Below are positions 27,081 through 32,000 of a stretch of DNA of 32,000 bases, in pieces (position 1 is the stretch's first letter; the number at the start of each line of letters is the position of its first letter). The stretch comes from Nautilia profundicola AmH. GTDB taxonomy: Bacteria; Campylobacterota; Campylobacteria; Campylobacterales; Nautiliaceae. The position numbers and the translations under genes were made by a program. Below the pieces are notes generated by a model that was not told where the DNA came from, searched no databases, and worked only from the letters and a program-made list of their open reading frames with translations. The stretch spans positions 975,408 to 1,007,407 of the forward strand of contig NC_012115.1 in assembly GCF_000021725.1 (NCBI RefSeq), given 5' to 3'.

Positions 27081-28481
27081 TTAAATGGAAGGCATTTCAA
27101 TTTGCGCTTCATTCATCTGAATTTCCTGTACCTCACTGACTTTATCTGTAAAAAGTGTATATTTCTTATGGAAAAGCATTTCAACGGTCCCTGTAGGTCC
27201 GTTTCTCTGCTTTCCTATAATAACTTCGGCATCCTCCACCTCTTTTTCCTGAAAATCGATTTCTACAGCTTTACCTTTTTCCATGGCCTCTTTTTGTTTT
27301 TGTTTCGCTTCCATTGCTTTATATACATCATCCCTGTATATAAACATAATAATATCGGCATCCTGTTCGATTGCTCCGGATTCCCTGAGGTCGCTTAACA
27401 TCGGTCTTTTATTCGGACGGCTCTCAAGTGAACGGTTAAGCTGTGAGAGTGCGATAATCGGAATCTGAAGTTCCCTTGCTAAAAGTTTTAAACTTCTGCT
27501 GATCTCCGCAATAGCAAGATGTCTTTCCCTCTGATCAGAACTGATTAGCTGTAAATAATCAATAATCGCAAGAGAAAGTTCCGGGTTTTGCATTTTGAGT
27601 TTTCTTAGTTTCGCCCTTATTGTATGAATGTTTACATTACCTTCGTCATCGACAAAAAGAGGCTTTTCGCTAAGCTCATCCGCCACAGCCGTAAGTTTAC
27701 TCCATTCGTTATCGTCAAGGTTACCCCTTCTTAAATCCTGAAGAGGTATTTTACCGGCGGCGCTGAGCATTCTTAGCATAAGCTGCTCCGCAGGCATTTC
27801 AAGTGAGAATATCGCCACTCCCTTATCCTGTTTTAATACATTAAGTGCAAGGTTAAGTGCAAGTGCCGTTTTACCCATTGACGGTCTTGCTGCAAGGATA
27901 ATCAAATCCCCTTCACCAAAACCGCTTGTAAATCTGTTAAGTTCCACAAATCCCGTATCAAGTCCTGTTACGATTTTATTTTGTTTACTGATTTGTGTTT
28001 TAATATATTCAAGAGTATCGTTTATAATGGCTTCTGATTCTTTAAAATCCCCCGCAAGGTTGGATGTAGCAATACTAAATAGTTTACCCTGTATCTCCTC
28101 AACTTCTTCGATTGCTTTTTTATCATCTTCAAGTACTGTTTTTTTGATTTCGTTTGAGAGATGAATCAGCTCTCTTTTAACCGCCAAATCTTTTATTTCC
28201 CTCGCATAAGCCTCAACAGCTTCAATAGGTGCGGTTCCGAGTATTTCTAAAAAGAGCTCCTCATCAAATTTGTTTTGTTTAACCAAATGGTCTTTTAAAA
28301 AAATTTCATCAATCGGATAATCTTTTTTATAAAGATCTTCCATTGCGGCAAAAAGATTCTGATGAAACGGAAGATAAAAATCAAGAGGTTTTAAAATAGC
28401 GGCCACATCTTCATAAATTTTACCGTCAAACAGTATAGCGCTTAATATCCCTCTTTCAATATCTAAATTATAAAGTTCCAC
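27081..28481 (-). CDS. dnaB: Replicative DNA helicase DnaB
   Basis: 466 aa. Motifs are Walker A ARPSMGKTALALN, IIDYLQL, LSQLNRSLE and IIGKQRNGPTG. GTG start has AAAGGA at 7-nt spacing. Confidence 0.97.
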   Translation of the reverse strand: MELYNLDIERGILSAILFDGKIYEDVAAILKPLDFYLPFHQNLFAAMEDLYKKDYPIDEIFLKDHLVKQNKFDEELFLEILGTAPIEAVEAYAREIKDLAVKRELIHLSNEIKKTVLEDDKKAIEEVEEIQGKLFSIATSNLAGDFKESEAIINDTLEYIKTQISKQNKIVTGLDTGFVELNRFTSGFGEGDLIILAARPSMGKTALALNLALNVLKQDKGVAIFSLEMPAEQLMLRMLSAAGKIPLQDLRRGNLDDNEWSKLTAVADELSEKPLFVDDEGNVNIHTIRAKLRKLKMQNPELSLAIIDYLQLISSDQRERHLAIAEISRSLKLLARELQIPIIALSQLNRSLESRPNKRPMLSDLRESGAIEQDADIIMFIYRDDVYKAMEAKQKQKEAMEKGKAVEIDFQEKEVEDAEVIIGKQRNGPTGTVEMLFHKKYTLFTDKVSEVQEIQMNEAQIEMPSI

Positions 28482-28524
28482 AATTTAATCCTTTTATGTT
28501 AAAATTATATAAAAAAGGTTTTTA

Positions 28525-28782
28525 ATGATTTTAAAAATCACATACCCTTACAAAGATTCTCTTGCCACACTGCAATTAAGAAGTATCTATATTCAAACCG
28601 ATGATCAAGACTTAATAGAGCACTTAAAAGCCACAAAAAACCCTATCGATATTGGTGTTATTTTATCGGAAAACGAAGAAAAATTCAAAATGCTTGAAAA
28701 TGCAAAAGAAGATTTGGAAATCGTTATTGATGAAGTTTTGGCTAATCCTGATTTGCGTCTGCACCTTCTTGGGGATAATTAG
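28525..28782 (+). CDS. Hypothetical small acidic protein
   Basis: 85-aa ORF with AAAGG RBS at 6-nt spacing. I recognise no motif. Its 3' end overlaps the convergent ORF by 41 bp. Confidence 0.4.
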   Translation: MILKITYPYKDSLATLQLRSIYIQTDDQDLIEHLKATKNPIDIGVILSENEEKFKMLENAKEDLEIVIDEVLANPDLRLHLLGDN

Positions 28783-29062
28783 TTTTAATTACGTGTTTTT
28801 TAATATGTTTAACGGCATCATAAAGATCTTGTGATTCAAAAAGTGTTTTAAGTTTAGTTCTTTTCTTTTTTGGAAGGTCTCTTATTAATTTTTTTAACTC
28901 TTCATCGTTTTTTGCTTTTTTTATCTCTTCAGCATGTTCACCCAATATTTTTAAGATACTTTCTTCGTTAATTTCTATACGTCTTAAAAGCATAATCATA
29001 AAAATAAAAGCAATCGAAAAAATTGACGCACCTATTATATAAATCATTGCCTCAGCACTCAT
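28742..29062 (-). CDS. Hypothetical small membrane-anchored protein
   Basis: 106 aa with one N-terminal TM segment ([21 protein letters not shown]) and a Lys/Glu-rich tail. ATGA overlap with the ispG stop suggests co-translation. Confidence 0.5.
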   Translation of the reverse strand: MSAEAMIYIIGASIFSIAFIFMIMLLRRIEINEESILKILGEHAEEIKKAKNDEELKKLIRDLPKKKRTKLKTLFESQDLYDAVKHIKKHVIKTNYPQEGADANQD

Positions 29063-30111
29063 TCGCTCTCCTTTTTAACTTCTTCTAAAAATTTCTCAAG
29101 CAGTTCTTCTTCTTTATATTTACCTATTATTTCACCTTTTTTAATAATAAGTCCGTATCCTTTGCCGCATGCAATTGCGACATCTGCTTCTTTTGCTTCA
29201 CCGATTGCATTTACCACACATCCCATTACGGCAAGGTTAAGCGGTTTTTTTATATGTTTGGTAGCTTCTTCAACAGCTTCTACAATAGGCGGAAGATCCA
29301 CTTCAATCCTTCCGCATGTAGGACATGAAATAATATTAACTCCTTCTTTACTGAGTCCCAAATCTTTTAAAATAGCCTTGCCTACTTTTATTTCTTCTTC
29401 AAGTTCTCCAGTAATAGATACCCTCATTGTATCGCCTATTCCGTCAAGCAGCAGCGCTCCGAATGCGGCCGCGCTTTTTATTGTTGCGTGAAATTTCGTT
29501 CCGGCTTCCGTTACACCCAAATGAAACGGGTAATCAACAAGAGGTCTTAACATTCTGTAAGCTTCAACCGTTCTTTGTACGTCGCTTGCTTTTAGTGAGA
29601 CTTTAATATCAAAAAAGTCCAGATCCTCCAAAAACTTAATATGCCAAAGAGCGGATTCGACCATTGCTTTTGGAGTCTGTCCGTATTTGTTTTCAAGATG
29701 ATCTTCCAAACTTCCCGCATTTACACCGATTCTTATAGGTATCTTTCTTGCTTTGCATGCATCCACTATAGCTTTTACTCTCTCTTTACCGCCGATATTT
29801 CCCGGATTAATCCTAAGACCGTCTACAACCTCGGCGGCTTTAAGCCCGAGTCTGTAATTAAAATGTATATCGGCAATAACAGGAAGAGGAGATTTTTGTT
29901 TTATTTCTTTAAGAGCAAGTGCGTCTTCTTCGTCAAGTACCGCCACCCTTACGATATCGGCACCTGCAAAATACAATCTGTTTATTTGATCAAGTGTGGA
30001 TTCTATATCTTTTGTTTTGGAATATGTCATGGATTGGACTGAAATAGGAGCATCCCCTCCCACATCAACATTTCCGACTTTGATTTTTCTCGTTGGATAT
30101 CTTTTAATCAA
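29059..30111 (-). CDS. ispG: 4-hydroxy-3-methylbut-2-en-1-yl diphosphate synthase (flavodoxin)
   Basis: 350 aa. Motifs are [26 protein letters not shown] and the cluster cysteines CPTCGR ... MGCVVN. Confidence 0.97.
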   Translation of the reverse strand: MIKRYPTRKIKVGNVDVGGDAPISVQSMTYSKTKDIESTLDQINRLYFAGADIVRVAVLDEEDALALKEIKQKSPLPVIADIHFNYRLGLKAAEVVDGLRINPGNIGGKERVKAIVDACKARKIPIRIGVNAGSLEDHLENKYGQTPKAMVESALWHIKFLEDLDFFDIKVSLKASDVQRTVEAYRMLRPLVDYPFHLGVTEAGTKFHATIKSAAAFGALLLDGIGDTMRVSITGELEEEIKVGKAILKDLGLSKEGVNIISCPTCGRIEVDLPPIVEAVEEATKHIKKPLNLAVMGCVVNAIGEAKEADVAIACGKGYGLIIKKGEIIGKYKEEELLEKFLEEVKKESE

Positions 30112-30136
30112 AACAGACCTTTTTTGTGCGATTATA

Positions 30137-30847
30137 TCAAACTTTTTTGAAATGATAAATAAACTCGGTATTACCTTCTTTACCTTTAATGCTCGATTCT
30201 TCGCTTCTTACAAGCTCCCATCCGAAATTCATACACTCTTTTTCAAAATTTTCTTTTGCCTTTTGTATGGCCTCTTTATCAGTTACGACACCTCTTTTGT
30301 CTCTTTTTACTTCTTTACCCACTTCAAACTGCGGTTTGAACAGTAAGATTATTTCATTTTTAGAGAGTTCGTCAATTTTATCTATTATTTTAAGAAGAGA
30401 AATAAAACTTACATCACTAACAATTACATCAAATTTTTCAGGATAACTGAATTCCCTTATATCAGTATTTTCAAACAGTTCTATTTTAGGATTGCTTCTT
30501 AAAGTTTCATGAAGCTGCTCTCTTCCGACATCCACACTAACCACTTTTTGGGCACCTTCTTCAAGTGCAACCTGCGTAAAACCTCCTGTACTTGAGCCTA
30601 TATCAAGCACTGTTTTATTTTCAAAGTTTATACCGTGTTTTTGTAGATAATTTTTGAGTTTATACGCGGCTCGTGAAACATATCCGTCATTTTGCAGTAC
30701 CTCTACACTGTCTGTTTCAGCAATTTTAAAAGAAGGTTTTTTAATGATTTTATCATTAACTTTCACATACCCGCTCTTTATAATTTCTTGAGCTTTATTT
30801 CTGCTAAATGTATATTCATTTGTTACTAAATACTGGTCAAGCCTCAT
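30137..30847 (-). CDS. tlyA: TlyA-family 16S/23S rRNA (cytidine-2'-O)-methyltransferase
   Basis: S4 domain MRLDQYLV...[24 protein letters not shown], and [13 protein letters not shown] (SAM motif). The track starts at GTG 30856. ATG 30847 gives the typical MRLD N-terminus. Confidence 0.9.
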   Translation of the reverse strand: MRLDQYLVTNEYTFSRNKAQEIIKSGYVKVNDKIIKKPSFKIAETDSVEVLQNDGYVSRAAYKLKNYLQKHGINFENKTVLDIGSSTGGFTQVALEEGAQKVVSVDVGREQLHETLRSNPKIELFENTDIREFSYPEKFDVIVSDVSFISLLKIIDKIDELSKNEIILLFKPQFEVGKEVKRDKRGVVTDKEAIQKAKENFEKECMNFGWELVRSEESSIKGKEGNTEFIYHFKKV

Positions 30848-30884
30848 GTTTTTCACTTTTTTTTAGAAATTTTAACAAATCTTA

Positions 30885-30912
30885 TTCACATATTCACATA
30901 ATTTGTTATAAT
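30885..30912 (+). promoter_or_regulatory. Near-consensus sigma-70-type promoter (-35 TTCACA, 16-nt spacer, extended -10 TGTTATAAT)
   Basis: Read directly. -35 is at 30885-30890, TG at 30904-30905 and TATAAT at 30907-30912. It drives the small ORF at 30939. Confidence 0.5.
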
Positions 30913-30938
30913 AATCCAAACCAAATAAAGGAGAAAAA

Positions 30939-31034
30939 ATGGGATTTAGCGGATTCATAGCTATCGCAATGTGCGTTATCGCAACAGGACTTATGCTTTC
31001 AATCGTAGCAGGTGCGGTTAAAAAAGCAAAATAA
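30939..31034 (+). CDS. Unannotated small hydrophobic protein (31 aa, single predicted TM helix)
   Basis: Below the ORF-track size cut-off. ATG GGA TTT ... AAA TAA encodes MGFSGFIAIAMCVIATGLMLSIVAGAVKKAK. RBS AAAGGAG (30927-30933) is 5 nt from the ATG, and a near-consensus promoter lies upstream. The ORF almost fills the tlyA-gpsA intergenic gap. Confidence 0.5.
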   Translation: MGFSGFIAIAMCVIATGLMLSIVAGAVKKAK

Positions 31035-31056
31035 TTTATTCTTCTCCCTTACGGGA

Positions 31057-31941
31057 TCACTTTAGCAAATCCTCCAAAGATTTTAACGGCTTTTTGTTTT
31101 CATATATAATTTTATACACTTCATCGGCTATAGGTGTATAAATATTGTGTTTTTTTGAAAGCTCATATATAGCTTTTGTAGTATAAACACCTTCTGCGAC
31201 TTCTCCGAGTTTGTTTAATATATCGTTAAGATGTTTTCCTTTTGCAAGGTTAAGTCCGACTCTGTAGTTTCTGCTCATTGTAGAATTTGCTGTCAGGAAA
31301 AGATCCCCCGCTCCCGCCACTCCTAAAAATGTGTCTTTTTTCGCTCCGAAAAACTCACCGAATCTGTCCATTTCTACAAGACCTCTGGCAAGAAGAGCCG
31401 CTTTGGCGTTTTTGCCAAGATTCAGCCCCTCACATATTCCACTGGCAATCGCTATTACGTTTTTATATGCTCCTGCAACCTCTACACCCTCTACATCACT
31501 GTCGGTGTAAATTTTCAAAAACGGAGGAAAAAACTTACTGAATTCTTCAGCCAGTTTAAGATTTTTTGAAGCTATTACAAGAGCTGTGGGTTTGTTTTCC
31601 TTTACTTCCTTTGCAAAAGACGGACCCGAAATAAAAGCAAGGTTCTCAGCTTCTACATACTCTTCAAATATTTCATTTAAAAACATTAATTTTTCGTTAT
31701 CGATACCCTTACTTGCAACCAATATTTTTTTATTTTTTAAATCCACAGTTCTCAAAAAATCCTTAATCGCCTGTGCTGCAATCACAATTAAGATATATTC
31801 GTTTTTTAATGCTTGTTTTAAATCTACAAACCCGTCAATATCTCTCTTGGTTCTGGAGGTTATAACAGCATCAGGTACTTTTTGTTTTATAGCATAGTAA
31901 AGTGCGCTACCCCATGCACCACCGCCTATTACAGATATCAT
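31057..31941 (-). CDS. gpsA: NAD(P)H-dependent glycerol-3-phosphate dehydrogenase
   Basis: 294 aa. Motifs are ISVIGGGAWGSAL (Rossmann), SGPSFAKEV, GAYKNVIAIASG and AEGVYT. Confidence 0.95.
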   Translation of the reverse strand: MISVIGGGAWGSALYYAIKQKVPDAVITSRTKRDIDGFVDLKQALKNEYILIVIAAQAIKDFLRTVDLKNKKILVASKGIDNEKLMFLNEIFEEYVEAENLAFISGPSFAKEVKENKPTALVIASKNLKLAEEFSKFFPPFLKIYTDSDVEGVEVAGAYKNVIAIASGICEGLNLGKNAKAALLARGLVEMDRFGEFFGAKKDTFLGVAGAGDLFLTANSTMSRNYRVGLNLAKGKHLNDILNKLGEVAEGVYTTKAIYELSKKHNIYTPIADEVYKIIYENKKPLKSLEDLLK

Positions 31942-32000
31942 GCCTCTCCTCCGTGAAAACGCTCTAAATCCTGCTTAAAGCGTTCGATTTCTTCAATGTC
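31938..32000 (-). CDS. 3' end of an unidentified upstream gene; runs off the right edge
   Basis: The reverse complement reads ...DIEEIERFKQDLERFHGGEA* in an open frame to the window edge. Its TGA overlaps the gpsA ATG (ATGA). The fragment is too short to identify. Confidence 0.5.
   Translation of the reverse strand, partial: DIEEIERFKQDLERFHGGEA

Noticed and set aside
31035-31056. The TCCC-TTAC-GGGA hairpin between the small ORF and gpsA as a bidirectional terminator
   Set aside because: The stem is only 4 bp and there is no U-tract, which is too weak to call.

Overview
AT-rich, densely packed chromosomal window. It looks like core genome of a thermophilic Campylobacterota (Nautiliaceae-like) organism. 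Grounds for that guess: a reverse gyrase, dnaB-comEC synteny as in Helicobacter, a DnaB with an insertion in its C-terminal domain, a futalosine-type UbiD decarboxylase, and a short-form hybrid cluster protein.

Gene content, left to right:
- The 5' part of an Ech-like group 4 [NiFe]-hydrogenase operon on the minus strand. It has a 1163-aa subunit with two antiporter-like modules, a NuoH-like subunit, and the start of the NuoB-like small subunit.
- A Cache-type chemoreceptor, fxsA, a GNAT acetyltransferase, proS, an S4-domain protein and argG.
- A rhodanese-like protein, a phosphoribosyltransferase and a fatty-acid-hydroxylase-family protein.
- Reverse gyrase.
- A ClC channel, hcp, a hemerythrin and a Crp/Fnr regulator.
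- A seven-gene, gap-free minus-strand array: dnaB, frameshifted comEC, an IGHMBP2/Upf1-like SF1 helicase, an RlmI-like methyltransferase, a SixA-like phosphatase, a hypothetical protein and a UbiD-family decarboxylase.
- ispG, tlyA and gpsA.

I found no rRNA, tRNA, CRISPR array, transposase, integrase or recognisable defence island. I do not see a clear novel multi-gene system.

The best non-obvious signals are:
1. Two copies of an 18-bp FNR-type palindrome, CATTGAY-N4-RTCAATG. One sits in class II position upstream of hcp and one upstream of the chemoreceptor. A nearby Crp/Fnr regulator carries an E--SR recognition helix and has no Fe-S cysteine cluster.
2. A comEC split by a single-base frameshift next to two homopolymer tracts.
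3. Three short tandem repeats with 7- or 8-nt periods. Two lie inside the helicase gene and one spans a stop codon, RBS and start codon junction.
4. An unannotated 31-codon hydrophobic ORF with near-consensus promoter and RBS.
5. Unusual domain features in the hydrogenase membrane subunit, the ClC channel and Hcp.

All functional calls come from motif recognition by eye. No database search was run.
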